Assembly: GCA_977018835.1 (NCBI GenBank)
Contig: OZ361258.1
Location: 930,001-994,000, forward strand
Origin: Minutocellus sp. GHC0000111
Taxonomy: Eukaryota
Direction of reading: 5' to 3'
DNA length: 64,000 bases
Under the pieces are notes generated by a model. That model had not been told where the DNA came from. It saw only the letters and a list, made by a program, of their open reading frames with translations, and did not search any database. Of the stretch, positions 45,129 to 57,700 are shown in pieces (positions within the stretch are counted from its first letter, which is position 1; every line of letters starts with the position of its first letter). Made by a program: the position numbers and the translations under genes.

Positions 45129-47042
45129 ATGATTTCTCAAAGTGCGATTGCTGCCTTTGTCAGCGCTCTCCTCCTTTCACTTGCTAGATGCGAATCTATT
45201 TCCGTGGTTAATTTCATCTTTGGCATCGAGTATTCCGAGGATGGATGCGGTACTTCAGCATCAGCGGTGTCTCTCGTCGCTTATCTCGTTAATGAGACGT
45301 ATACCTTCGTGGCGCCGACTTCCGAGGAGCTCAGCTGCGCTCAGTCGACCATGTGCCGTATCAACCCTTCCGACGATCTCTGCGTCGGTGCCAATGAGTT
45401 CCCCCTCGCCCTTGACTATGATAGCAGCACTGGGCTGATATTTGGTGCCGACGATCCTTCATTTGTTGTCGGTCCCGACGCCTGCCTCGCTGGAGGGTGG
45501 ATTCCACAGTGCTTGTCTTACAATTATCAGCTCTTATCCGATCTCAAGGAAGATCCGTCGATATTGGCAAATGATAATCCCGAGGATCTAGCCATGATGA
45601 CGGACTATCTTTACCTGCTTTACTATGAGGATGATAGCTGCACGGATTTGGCGGGCATCACCCCAGCTGTTTCAGGTGCGACGCTTTCGGTCCCCATTGT
45701 CTCGAACCAAGACTTGAGCTGTCAGGCACAGTCCATGTGTGCCATTGATCCAGACTCCAAGATTTGCGAATCTATTCGAGATGAAAATGGCGAAACCGCT
45801 CTCCTCACACTAGAAACACGTGGAGATGAGACCACCGGTGGCGTCGACGTATTTGAGTGCGACACGTCGAACGCTGCTGCTGGTCAAGAGGAGTGTGCTC
45901 TACAGAAGCCGTCAGCTTGTACCAAAAGCTCCATATTCACCCAGTGTCACTTTCGCTATCTGAGCGGTCCTACGTTGGCTCAAAATCCACGTTTGTTGGT
46001 AGGTGAACTTGATATCAGTCCAGATGATGGGTCAGAGGTTGAAGATAACGCTACCGAAGAAGCCGGGGAACCCTTTACTCCCAGCGTCACGACATCAGAG
46101 GATCAGTATGTCTACTTTGCTTACTATTCTACCAACGATTGTTCTTCCCTAGTCGGCCTGCTTGGTTCTGTTGCCCTTGAGGAGGTTGAAGTTGCGGGAG
46201 GGATGTCTGGCAGTGGATCTTGTGCCAGCGAGGTTTCATGTCTTTTTGACTCTCAAAGCGAGGTGTGCATATCCCTCGAGCCCACCGGTGTCGCTGTAGC
46301 CTACGGTGCCATCCTCCCTACTGGTGAAGCGTATTTGTGCGATTCCTCCAATCCCCTTACCAACGAAGAGGTCTGTGTAACATATCCTGCTGATTCTTGC
46401 CATCAGAGCAGTGTTTATCCTTCCTGCAAGGCTGGCTTTGTCCGCCAAGATGAGCTCGCCGATCCAACCCTTTTCAGCAACGACGTTAAAGAAGATCAGG
46501 CATCGCTCATGGAGTACTATTACATCGCGTATTATGACAACTCTGATTGCACCAGTCCTGTCGGCCTGCGAGCATTTATCACTGGAGAAGAGTATGACCT
46601 ACCATTACTGTCGGATAGTGTCACCTGCGAAGATGCAATGGCATGCCTGTATGCTCCTGATGGTGATTTATGTAAGGAGCGAGGCGGAGGAGCTAGTGGT
46701 ACGGCCAACTTTACCTATTCCATCAATGCTGAGCAGGACAACATGCTTTCCTCGTGCGACGGAACGCTTGCAGATCTGGCCGATGATTGCATTGTTGCGG
46801 AACCAGATCAGTGTACTCAGAGTGGAGTGTTTGCTGGAACACCTTGTCTCTTTAGGATTGTGTCGGCCTCGTATCTTGCTCGTAATCTTGGCGCACTTGT
46901 TGGCGAGGTTGGGGGCGAGGGTGGTGATAATAGCGGAGACATGGAAACATCTACTGGAAGTATGAGGAAAGGTGGCGCATGTTCGCTCCTTTTGGTGATT
47001 TCTTCCGTTATCTTTGCAGGTCTACTCTACCAGACCGTGTAA
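45129..47042 (+). CDS. Secreted, C-terminally anchored acidic protein with four Cys-patterned repeats
   Basis: Signal peptide; four units starting Y....C (EYSEDGC, YYEDDSC, YYSTNDC, YYDNSDC); hydrophobic C-terminus. Confidence 0.8.
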   Translation: MISQSAIAAFVSALLLSLARCESISVVNFIFGIEYSEDGCGTSASAVSLVAYLVNETYTFVAPTSEELSCAQSTMCRINPSDDLCVGANEFPLALDYDSSTGLIFGADDPSFVVGPDACLAGGWIPQCLSYNYQLLSDLKEDPSILANDNPEDLAMMTDYLYLLYYEDDSCTDLAGITPAVSGATLSVPIVSNQDLSCQAQSMCAIDPDSKICESIRDENGETALLTLETRGDETTGGVDVFECDTSNAAAGQEECALQKPSACTKSSIFTQCHFRYLSGPTLAQNPRLLVGELDISPDDGSEVEDNATEEAGEPFTPSVTTSEDQYVYFAYYSTNDCSSLVGLLGSVALEEVEVAGGMSGSGSCASEVSCLFDSQSEVCISLEPTGVAVAYGAILPTGEAYLCDSSNPLTNEEVCVTYPADSCHQSSVYPSCKAGFVRQDELADPTLFSNDVKEDQASLMEYYYIAYYDNSDCTSPVGLRAFITGEEYDLPLLSDSVTCEDAMACLYAPDGDLCKERGGGASGTANFTYSINAEQDNMLSSCDGTLADLADDCIVAEPDQCTQSGVFAGTPCLFRIVSASYLARNLGALVGEVGGEGGDNSGDMETSTGSMRKGGACSLLLVISSVIFAGLLYQTV

Positions 47043-47085
47043 AAAAGATGGACCTCAAACGTATCATCAAAGTAACAAACAATAA

Positions 47086-48384
47086 CTACGTTTCGTTTTC
47101 TCTTCTCCTGAGAGTATAACACCTCAGCATTCCGACCATCTCGAATATTTCTAGTTCTTTCTCTTTGTTTATGACAAAACCGAGCTTTCCCAATAGAAAT
47201 TCCTCTGGGGTCCCAATCATTTCGGATCGCAGGTTTGGGTCGGCACCAGCCTCCAATAAGATCTTCAGCTTCGACATTTTGGCTCGGTGGACACTTTTAT
47301 CCAACGAGGACAAAGTGTAATGGATAGCCGTCCAGCCATCATCATCTTGAATGTTCAATTCTAAGCTTGTGCGAATACGAGAGTCAACGAGAAGCCGAAG
47401 GGCTTCGGAACCAAAAACGTCGCTCGATTGTGCACAGGAGTGGATTGGTCGTTGGCCTTCGCTATGAGGGTCTTCAGTATTCACATCGATCCCTTCTACC
47501 GCCAAGAGATTCTCAAAGCATTTACATGTGTCAGAAATGTTGTTTGGTTTTAGGGTGAACCAAATCAAATTCTCTTTTTCGTCAAAGTAAGTGTCGTCCG
47601 AAATGTAGCCTTCGTTGACTCCAACGGCACCGGTCTCGACAAGATGCTTGAGCGGAGCAAGCAAATCATATCGGGTGGCCATCAAGGGATCCGAAAACAA
47701 GCGTATAGAGACAGGCAGATACTTGAGTACAATCTTGCCGTCTCGAACCACATTTAAGCTTTGGAAGATCTTGTGGAATTCGCCCTTTTTCATTCCTCTA
47801 ACATCGACGCCTCCGACCGATAGCAGGGCGTCACCGATTCCAAATTCCAGCCCCGAAGGAAGCTCAGGGACATCACAACATGCGCAGCTTCGTTCCAACA
47901 CCCAAATAGAGCTGCTTCGCTTGAAGGCTACTAATAGGCCTTTGACAACATCTTGATCCAGGGCAATGCTATAGACATTCTTCTCCGATTTAGCCCCGAC
48001 ACATCGGTTCCACCAATCGGGGTTGTACTCCAGCCAACTCTCCATCCCCGCCTGTCTTGTGTGCTCTTTATTCATATATGCAATGCGACACAAATGGCTC
48101 AAATACCACTCATTACCACTTAGATACATCTTGCGAACGACGCGCGAGGTGACTTTCCCAACCACGAGGCAGAGGTTGGTAAGGTCGGGACGGGACGGAG
48201 TGCCGAGGTCGAGAAAACGGGCCACGGTACCGACCAGCTCGGGAGTCATTACCGTCGACCACGAGGCATCCTGCTGGTCCTCTGGTACTTCAGCTGACTT
48301 CTTGGGACGCTTTGCCGACGCCGGTGCTGGCGCGTTGTTGCCGGCATCGGCATCGGCAGGTCGTTTGCTGCCGATACCGTTCAT
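47086..48384 (-). CDS. Ankyrin-repeat protein with a central PDZ-like segment
   Basis: IGDALLSVGGVDV; GIDVN, LNIQDDDGWTAIH, LLEAGADPN. Confidence 0.75.
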   Translation of the reverse strand: MNGIGSKRPADADAGNNAPAPASAKRPKKSAEVPEDQQDASWSTVMTPELVGTVARFLDLGTPSRPDLTNLCLVVGKVTSRVVRKMYLSGNEWYLSHLCRIAYMNKEHTRQAGMESWLEYNPDWWNRCVGAKSEKNVYSIALDQDVVKGLLVAFKRSSSIWVLERSCACCDVPELPSGLEFGIGDALLSVGGVDVRGMKKGEFHKIFQSLNVVRDGKIVLKYLPVSIRLFSDPLMATRYDLLAPLKHLVETGAVGVNEGYISDDTYFDEKENLIWFTLKPNNISDTCKCFENLLAVEGIDVNTEDPHSEGQRPIHSCAQSSDVFGSEALRLLVDSRIRTSLELNIQDDDGWTAIHYTLSSLDKSVHRAKMSKLKILLEAGADPNLRSEMIGTPEEFLLGKLGFVINKEKELEIFEMVGMLRCYTLRRRENET

Positions 48385-48572
48385 CGCATCAAATGCGCTT
48401 GCTTCTTTGCGTGCTGAGAGCCGGAAAAGTAGGGGACCCCCAACGCCAGCAGCACAAAGCGGGCACTCCAGGTGCTTTGTTGCTTTTCCCCCTCTCCGTG
48501 CTCAGAGCTCGGCTCTCTTCAAGAGCCTCAAGCAAGTTGAGTTACGTACCAGTACTCGTCCAGACAAAACCA

Positions 48573-51500
48573 ATGGGCGGCGACGATCCCGTCGTCCCGC
48601 CACCCCTCGGGGAGGTTGTTGATACCCTCAAGGAGCTGGCGTATCATGCCGCCGGCGCCGGTGCCCCGGAGTCCCACCGCGCCCGCCTCTACGCCGCCGC
48701 CCTCGCCTTCCTTCAAATCTTGCATGGTGACGGACAGACGCTAAGGTGCGTCGATTTTACGTGGAAAATTCGAGCGGAGATCGAGAGAGGGGGATGAGTT
48801 GCCTCGAATGGATTGTTTGCGTGGATCATTCCTTAGCGACCCTTGTAGAGTGTTCTAACCATTTTTTGTTTGTTCTACACTCTTGTGCCACTCATTTGAC
48901 ACTCCAGAACCAAAAGCGACGGCAAATGCCCGCCGTTGACGGAAATACCAGCCATCGCGACGGTGTTGCAGGACGGTGAACTCTATCGGATCCTGCTTAG
49001 CATGCTGGGATCCAAACCAATCGTCATGGATCCTTCCAAATCAACCAAGTCTATGCCGGTATCTCGAGGTGGGAGTATGAAGCGTCAGCTGTCGGGAAAT
49101 AGATCGATGGCTAGTACCGCGGAACCTCAAACTCCGGGAGCTGCCGTGACGGGCAATTCCAATGCGTCGAGGTATCAGCAGACTCCACTGACTGCATCCC
49201 GAAATGTCAGTGCGAGTGACACCGGAGGACGGAAACGAGCGGCATCGGCGTCATCTCTGAGCGAGGTATATACTCCCAAAATCAAGCAGGCCAAGATGAC
49301 CCTGTCCCCGGCCTCTGCTCGGAAGCTGCTCGCTACTCCCGGTGGTGCTGCCGGGATGGATTCGATGCATGCGCAGAGAAAGCTAGCGGTTGGTGATTCC
49401 TTCGATGTGGCAGTATTTGCCGCCACCGTATTGTATGCCATGTTTGCGCATTTGGATCATTGGCCAGCGGAACTGGTCAAGGCGTATGCCGACGATTGCT
49501 TCGGCCCTAGGCTTTGGGTGGACAATGACGATTGCAAGCTCCTTGTTGAGAATCTGGCTTTGGTCCATTCGTCGGAAGTTGCCAACAATTCAAATGGGGT
49601 TGATGAAATGGCCACAAAGTCTGAGGAAGCACAAAGCTATGCAGATTATTACGTATATTTGGTCAAAATGGTACCCAAAGACGAGAAGGTCGGCGATAAT
49701 GATGACGACAACAAGTCCTCGTCGTCGTCTGGATCAGACTCCGGTGAGGAAGAGTGCCTTGTCGAGGTAACTACAGGTACTGTTGGTGGCACCGCCGCTG
49801 TCGCTCCTTCCAAGCAAGATACGGCAGCAGCAGCGGAAGCGGATGATGCATCGTCGTCATCGGGTGATAGTGACAGCGGCGACGAGGAGGTTCTGGTGGA
49901 CGAATCGGGAACGGCCGGGGATGGCCCACCCGCAAATCCTACAGCCATGGCCCTTGCTGCTCTGTCGCATTATCAAGGATCGTCATCAGAATCTCAGCCT
50001 GGTAGCGCAAAATTGGGAAACAATTCTACCGCACCACCAAATACCGCACCCGATGCCGATGACGTTTCCATGGCGGATCCATCAACGCCCATCGTCTCTT
50101 CCGTACCTACTGAACCCGGGGATGCCATTGACTCGTCCTCGGACGTATTGACTCCCGTTGATTTCCCATCGCAGGAGGGCAAAGCGTTGGATCTCGCCCC
50201 GGTTCGACGTAGATACATCGGCCCCGCCGCATCTCTTGCGCACGTTGCGATTGGCAATGCACTCGAGGAACGGCTTGATGCCAAGGTGAAGCAAAATAGT
50301 CGCCTTCTCTCCGCATTGCCATCCTTCATTGCTGTGCCCCAGGTTCGGCGGCTATCTGCCGGATACTTGGAGCGGTGGCTTCAGTCGCCGGCGATATCTG
50401 GACTTGCCCGAACCCTTTTTGTGTCCCTTGTACAAGCCATGCAACCGGTCGAGCCGCCTTTGAAGGAAGACATAGACGCCATCGAGTGTATTTTGTCCAT
50501 GAAGCTAAAGACCAACCAGCTGAACACCCACATTGAGAATGTCAAGAAGATATCGATCACCCTTCCGACACTTTCAGTGTCCCAGCACATCTTCTCCCAT
50601 TTGTTGCGACAGGCCTATTTGGAAATTGAGAATCCGTTGCCATCGCAGGGGGCTTCCACCAGCATGACCTTTCTTTTGTCGGTAACCGAGACTTTACCCT
50701 CTGATCTTGCCTCTAAAGCTCTGGCAGCATCGTTTTCAGAGATTATCAATTCCCATTGCTCTGGTGAAGATATGGATGTAAGTGGAAGGGATGGCCGCGA
50801 GATTCATCATCTAGAAAAGCTCGTGCGGAAGGTCGCTGCGGCTCTTGGGGGGTCATTCGATGGAAGCTCCTTGGTTCAAGCGCTCGTGGAACCAACCAGT
50901 ACCAGCCAAGAGGGGCCAGAGCTCTCTTCGCCACAACAAGCGTATGCACTCGCCCGTATGATATTTGAGATCATGACGCTCATGGCACCAACATTGTCTC
51001 AGAGTGACAAAAAGAAGAATCCGGCGAATCGTCAGGCATCGTCGGCTTTGCGACAAGCTCCTTCGATGGAAGATGATGCCCTTGTCCAACAAGAAGCTGA
51101 GATCTTCAAGAGTACTACGGCCTCGGCCAGAAAGGCAATTCTTCGATGGTGCCTTTCCGCATACGCCAGAGTGGTTGGCGCTGACGAAGTGGATTCGTCG
51201 ACTGCAAAGGTTAGCAAAGCGAGCACCAAGAAACGGCGAGGAAGAAGAAAGGCCAAAGACGACTCGGGAGAACCCGTTATGGGAGCTGGGGCCCCAGACT
51301 TTGAGAGCGTGCTCGACGGCGAGTCACCGCAGGAACATTACAAGGGACTAAACGCTCCTTCCAAAGGTTTGATCAAAACAATCCGATGCCTGCTATTCCT
51401 TGCTTCGCCTGAGTCTTCCGAGGTCTCCACCTTCTTGGGCTCATCGGGTGATTTGGTCTCGTCAATGAGTGATGAGCAGAGGGAAAAGATTCAGCTCTGT

Positions 51501-53378
51501 CATGACTCTGGAATGGATGTGGACGAGGAGGTATTGCGAATTGTCTTGGATGCTGCCAAGGGCCCATCGCCTTCAATATCGCAGCTAACTGCCCTGGCTC
51601 TTATTGAGCACCTTTTCTTCAGCTGCAGAGTCGGGAGGAATTCGTCCATAGTGGTGAAGAATCCAAGAGTCGTTTGGGACATTTATGATTTGACTATCTA
51701 CAAGCCCGTCGAGACTCCAAATGTTGAGGCCGATGGCAATGATGCATCTTCTTCGGAACGTGAATTTTCTTCAGATGAAGATGGTGGAGAAGGGCGGAAA
51801 CAAAAGCGCGAGAAGGAAACACAACCTTCAACGCCCATTCCTAAGCTGGCATATCCCGGCCTTTGGTGGAGAGCTACCTCTCTTGCACTGGCCATATGTG
51901 GAACGGATAGTACAGGGGTCGGTGCCACGCTGTGGGAAGAATCGTCCACCTTGAGAGCCATCATCAAAATGTCCACCTCAGGCAGATATCGCTTCCCAAC
52001 GGTGGACTGTGATGACGATCTTCGAGACGAAATGAAGCGAGGCGAGGCTGACATGCGCGACCAAGAATTGAAGGTAACGGAACAGCTATTCCTTCCCAAG
52101 TCTCAAGATTCCGGTAAAAAGAAGAAGCAAGACGCCGAAAGCTATGCGCCGAAAGGATCCCGAGTGTCAGCGAGGCAACGGGCTAAACGCGATCGGCAAT
52201 TGGCCATACAGCGAGAAAAGGAGGCAGCCCTTGCACTTGCGGAAGCACAGCGACGAAAGAAATTGCTCAAGGCTGCACAAAAGTCGATCATGATTTGGGA
52301 TCCTCGTGGTCCAGCTCGCAAACCACCGAAGGATTCCGTTGGATTGATACTGTCCGTTGGTGAAATGTTTGGTATTTCCGAAGGTTTCCGTCTTTGCCAG
52401 TCTCCAGATTACTTGCTAAGAGCCATTGGGTCCACCTCTCGTGCGTCCATCGAGAGGGCTTACGATTGGTTGATCCCCATCATTTCTTCCTATCCACAAA
52501 CCATCAATCGACTCCCTTCCGGTGCGTCATGTTTCCTCTTGCTTCGCGCTTATGGCGCTGAGGGCGGCGAAAATTATCAACTCCTCAGCTTAACTTCTCC
52601 TCTTCGAAGCCATGTTGGATCCTGCATCTCAGGCGAGTTTGGTGAGAGTGCCGCAATCAAGGCTGCGGACCTTCTCTTCCATGATATGGCAGATGAGCGA
52701 CCCGACAGGCGCCTTTGTGCGCGACGAGTCCTTCAAGAGGCAACCCATAGGATCAAACCAAAGGAGGATCATTTCTTTGATTTGGGACTCCCTGATGAAA
52801 ACGATTTATCGTGGCTTCTGAGTCTAACGACGGTGAAGTTCGCCCGCGGTACCATTGACGTTGCCATGCAGCACATGTCTCACGCCGTGGCTTACGAACG
52901 CGGTGCAGCGCTTCGATCTCTTCTCATGGCCTTGGATACCTTCATCACATTTGCCCACAAAGAAGGGTTTGGCGAAAAATATGTCTTTGGCGATTTGCTG
53001 TGCGAGCTCCTTGCTCTTCGCCCACATGTTTGCTGCGATGTCGTCGATCGCTTCGTTGACTTGCGGGATTTGACTCTTTCGGTAGTGGCCCGAGCATTCC
53101 GAAATTATGTGGACAAAGATATGAGTACTTCCAATTGCAATGGACAATCACCTTCCTTGGTGAAGATCGCCATCAGGAAACCATCGGGGGGCGAGGCGGA
53201 TTTTGCTCTTGAGGTTGTCCAGGTGCCGTACCACGTTCTCCAAGCCGCCCTTGTTGTTATTGCGAACTGGCCCGGCGAAGAAGATATTCACATTGGTGAT
53301 ACCAAGGCCGCTTGTTCCGTAGAGGATTTGTCGGACGAAGATTGTCGACGTACCACTATGTGCGACCAATCGCATTAA
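48573..53378 (+). CDS. INTS1: Integrator complex subunit 1 (exon 48573-48745, intron 48746-48907), apparently 3'-truncated near 53340
   Basis: HWPAELVKAYADD.FG.RLWVD, VRRL...LERWLQSP, MKLKT, F.LCQSPDYLL, WLIP. The last residues are read from the fadH sequence in another frame. Confidence 0.8.
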
Positions 53379-54702
53379 TGCTCCACACGTGGCCGACGAG
53401 GTGATTGGACGTGGAGATGCCGACCTCGTGTCCATGGCTCGACCATTTCTGGCTGATCCCAACATTGTGAAAAAGAGTCGAGAGGGCAATGTTGATGACA
53501 TCAATACGTGCATCGCATGCAACCAGGCATGCTTGGACCATGCCTTTATTGGTAAGACGGCAAGTTGCCTCGTCAATCCGCTGGCGTGCCATGAAACGGA
53601 ACTCAAGGTTGAGGAGGAGGCCATCGCCCCCACCCAACGGTTGCGCATCGGTGTGATTGGGTCGGGACCGGCCGGCATGGCGTTCGCCACGACGGCAGCA
53701 ACCATTGGCCACCATGTGACGCTATATGATAAGAGCAACGAAATTGGAGGCCAATTCAACATGGCCAAGCGCATCCCTGGCAAGGAGGAATTCCATGAGA
53801 CAATTCGCTACTTTCGACACCAACTGGCCAAGTTGGAACGCAAGGGCAAGCTCGAAATGAAGCTCGCGACCGAAATTACTCATGATGATATGGAGAGTGC
53901 AAGCGCGAATGGTAAAATTGATAAGTGGATTGTTGCGGCCGGCGTCGATCCCAGAGTACCACCTATTCCCGGCCTGGAACATCCCAATGTGCTGTTGTAC
54001 ATTGACGTTCTTCGTCATAATGCACCAGTAGGAGAAAAGGTAGCCATTATCGGCGCCGGCGGAATCGGATTCGATGTGGCTGAATATCTTATCCATCACG
54101 ACGGCAATGCCGATCATGATCTTACCGCCGACGAAACCAACAGCCAAGATTTTCTCAAAGAGTGGGGTGTGGACCCACAGAACTCATCGCGCGGTGGCCT
54201 AGCCAAACCAGATGAAAGCATCCACCGGCCCAAGAGACAAATCGTCTTGATGCAGCGCAAGAAGGGCAAGCTTGGTGCCGGCCTCGGCAAGACCACTGGC
54301 TGGATCCACCGAGCGACATTGGCAAAGTCAGGATCGGTGGAAATGATTGGATCTGTGTCATACGATAAGGTCGATGAAGATGGGAATTTGCACATAACCA
54401 TTGGCAAAGGAGACAAGGCCGAGACCAGAGTCCTCGACGTGGACAACATTGTGGTCTGCGCCGGTCAGATCTCCAAAAAGGAACTTGAAAAGGAAGCTGA
54501 AGGAACGCCGCTTGCCGAGAAGGTATACCTCATCGGAGGGGCCTACGAGGCCGGCGAACTCGACGCCAAAAGAGCAATCGATATGGGAACGAGACTAGCA
54601 TTGAAAATTCACGAAAAGGAGGTAGTACCTGGTAAACACAAATTCCAATCTGGCCAAGGCCCTGAAGAAAAATTATTTCAGACATTGAAGCGTTTTACGT
54701 GA
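53341..54702 (+). pseudogene. fadH: NADPH-dependent 2,4-dienoyl-CoA reductase, C-terminal ~60% only
   Basis: PLCATNRINAP, ADLVSMARPFLADP, 4Fe-4S CIACNQACLDH...C, GSGPAG, GAGGIGFD, LGKTTGWIHR, ELDAKRAI. In-frame TAG at about 53320 and no N-terminal TIM-barrel half. Confidence 0.85.
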
Positions 54703-54758
54703 GTAAAAGCAAAATGGTGGGTCTAAAGCTAGCTAAATTAGAATAATGGTACATGTAT

Positions 54759-57700
54759 CTAACCATAGAGAATATCAAATGCATTTGACCGGGGTTCTGT
54801 CAAAGGCGGAGGAGTTGGTGGCGATGGGACATCTTGTCTCGTAGGTGATGCCTGTTCAGGTGGCTTTGCCTTCTTCCTCTTCCTCTTGGCCGCCTTCTCC
54901 CTTTTCTTTTTATCTTCCACGATCCTCTCTATACCATATGCGTCGCGCAGAAGATTCAAGAGCTCCAGCACCGAAATTGCTGGTTGACGGGCAAGCTTGA
55001 TGACCTTGGCGTAGTTGGAAATGAAGTACCTTTCGGGAGAATTTCGCTTTTTGAGTGTTGCCTGTTCGACAACAGAAGGGTTAACCCTGATGCTGCCAGT
55101 ATAGTCGAAGATGTCCTCCATTCCTACATGAGCATAATTCATCCATGTAGGCATCCCGCTCGTTATGACGTCCCCATCACAAACGATCCTTTGAGTATCC
55201 TTGACCAATCGGTCGTACGCTCGAGCAAAAAGACGATCTCCTGGTCTTGGAGCACCGTACGAATACATGGAGAGAGTCAACTTATCAGCTTCTGAAGGCC
55301 TTCCGAGCTTTCGTAGATCATTTTCTACTGTTGGAAGAATCCATCGGGCAGCGTCATAAGCACAAACGGTGGCAAGGCAACCACCGAGGGAGTGGCCAGT
55401 GATGTAAAGGGGGCCAGGCCTTGATGTTAATTCTTGACGGACTCGCTGGTGAATTACTTTTCTCACTCTACAGTAGGAACTGTAAAAGCCAAAGTGTAGA
55501 CGACCGACGCCCAGCCCGGGGACTTCCTCATTGCTTTTAGTAGAAGATTGCAGATAGTCCGGGAGTTCTTCACCGTCAACGTGAAGGAGATCATATATCA
55601 CCACCTTCTCTTTGCCACCTGCCAGCAAATTCTTTTCTACCGCATCCGGGACAATAGAGTGCATAAGACGACGAGCCTGTTCGCGCTTCGACGGAATCGC
55701 GAGGAATGTATCCAGGGACACACGAACCTTATGAGTCATCAGATCTGTTTTGACATGCTTCATCGACGCTGTGCCTCTAAACGAGAGGATGAGAGCGCCG
55801 GAAGGCTCGTGTCGAAGAAGCAGAGCCCGTGTGTCGTGTATGTTGAGCCCCTTCGGTTCCGAAATGTATGCCACGGCGCGGCATCCAGCTCCAAATGCCG
55901 AACCCTTGGGGACGGGGCGGCCTTCAATGCCATGACGAAAGCCAGCAATTCGAGCCTTACTTGCCAACTTGGGATTTAGATCAATAGGGATGAATGAGTC
56001 AGCGAGGGGATTGTATTTGGGCGAACGAGGGGTAGTACGCTTATTCGGCGTTCCAGCTTCCAGGTCAATCTTGTCTCTGTCTGACTCCTTATCAAATTCA
56101 TCTTCGAAAGGCAAATATACTTCACGTGAGCATATGACGAGTAACCTAGCCCTCTCGAGGATCATTAAATCGGTCGGGATTCTGAAACCAAGACGACGTT
56201 TTGTCTTGGCCTCGGTAGCCTCTTTCTCGGTCACATAGTGAGTTTTTGTAGCCTTTACAGGACCGAGAGCGGAGGGTGGCGAGAAAAGGAATTGAAATAT
56301 AGCGATGAAGATGGCACCAAACACCACTGTGACGGGGGATCTATCCTTTGTGAAGAATTGAAGCTCATCCAATCCAGTAATTACCCTATCAAACAACGGG
56401 GCGTCCGTTTCAAAGCCATCATATTGTAGTGTCTTGATAATACCCGTCAAGACACTCAGAGTAAACATTATTAATTCAGCAAAGATCCAGATCGCAGTAG
56501 CAGAGATGAAGAATCGGAATGCAATCTGGACGGGTCGCGTCATGTTGTAGGGCAGAGTTGAAAGTACCCTTTGCGTCACTAGGCAACGAACAATGTAGTA
56601 AATGAAACCCAACCCGATGCAAACACTGGCGACAAGCGTGGCGCCTGTGACAACAACCTTGTCATACGTAGGCCAGGTAATTGGTGCCGTTACGAAACCC
56701 AAGCCACCGATTTCCGTATCAGAACCAGGTTGGTCGCGTGCAGTCAGCTGGGGGTAACGCCAGAGCAGTGCCACTGTCATTGAAAGAAAGTACACAAAAC
56801 AATAGCACATCTTTGGCCAGTAGAATGATGCAAACGGGGCAACAAAATGCCTTGGACTATCTGCAAATACCGCAAGAGAAAAAATAATATGCGTGTTGCC
56901 AAACTGAGCGCATGAAGTTGATGCAAACCAGTGAATCTCGTCGAAAATGTACGAATCTCGATACGATGCTGCTACCTCCAGAGCAACGGAATACACATTA
57001 TTGTAGAATGAAAGGCCAAGGCCCAACATGAGGAGCCATCGTTGTTCCACGGGCCACGTCCAGGGCCATCCATTGAAAATGAGCAGAGTAACAATCCACC
57101 ACAGAAAGAAGGTGGTGTAAAACACAAGAAAAATTGCATTGATGATTGCCATGACCCGATTGTCAGACCTAGCGCTTTCGACAGAAGTATTGATGATACA
57201 GCGATCATCACCTGTAAGGCATAAACTTATGGCTCCGTTTGGATCACTGTGCAAAACAAATCTCCATGCCCAAGCTTGGATAGCATCCGAGGCAACCAGG
57301 GAGTTGGGCATATCAAAGGTAATCGAATAAATAAGACCTGTTGCATCTAAGCTTTGCCTTGGATAGATGATATATGACGGTCCGAATGCTGGCTGGAGTA
57401 ATTGTTGGCGATAATTGCCCACGTTGCTACAATTCGCCCCTCTGGTACAGGCGTACAAGTGAGCGTTGACCGGCATAGGAAAATTATCAGTGTCATCCGT
57501 CCATGATTGACCATCTGTTCGCTGAAATTGCCAAGTTAGAGTAGCCTGCGTTATACCCTGCGTCACTTGGTTACTGTCCGGAGAATGCCCATACCAAATT
57601 GCCGCACTGATATCCTCCCAATTCGCATGAAGTTCGGGGTTGGCGTCATCCCTAACCCTAACAGTCGAGAGCCGAAGCATCGATGATGAAAGAAGATGGC

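Noticed and set aside
57650..57662. Telomere-like CCCTAACCCTAAC
   Set aside because: Only two units, within coding sequence (VRVRD).
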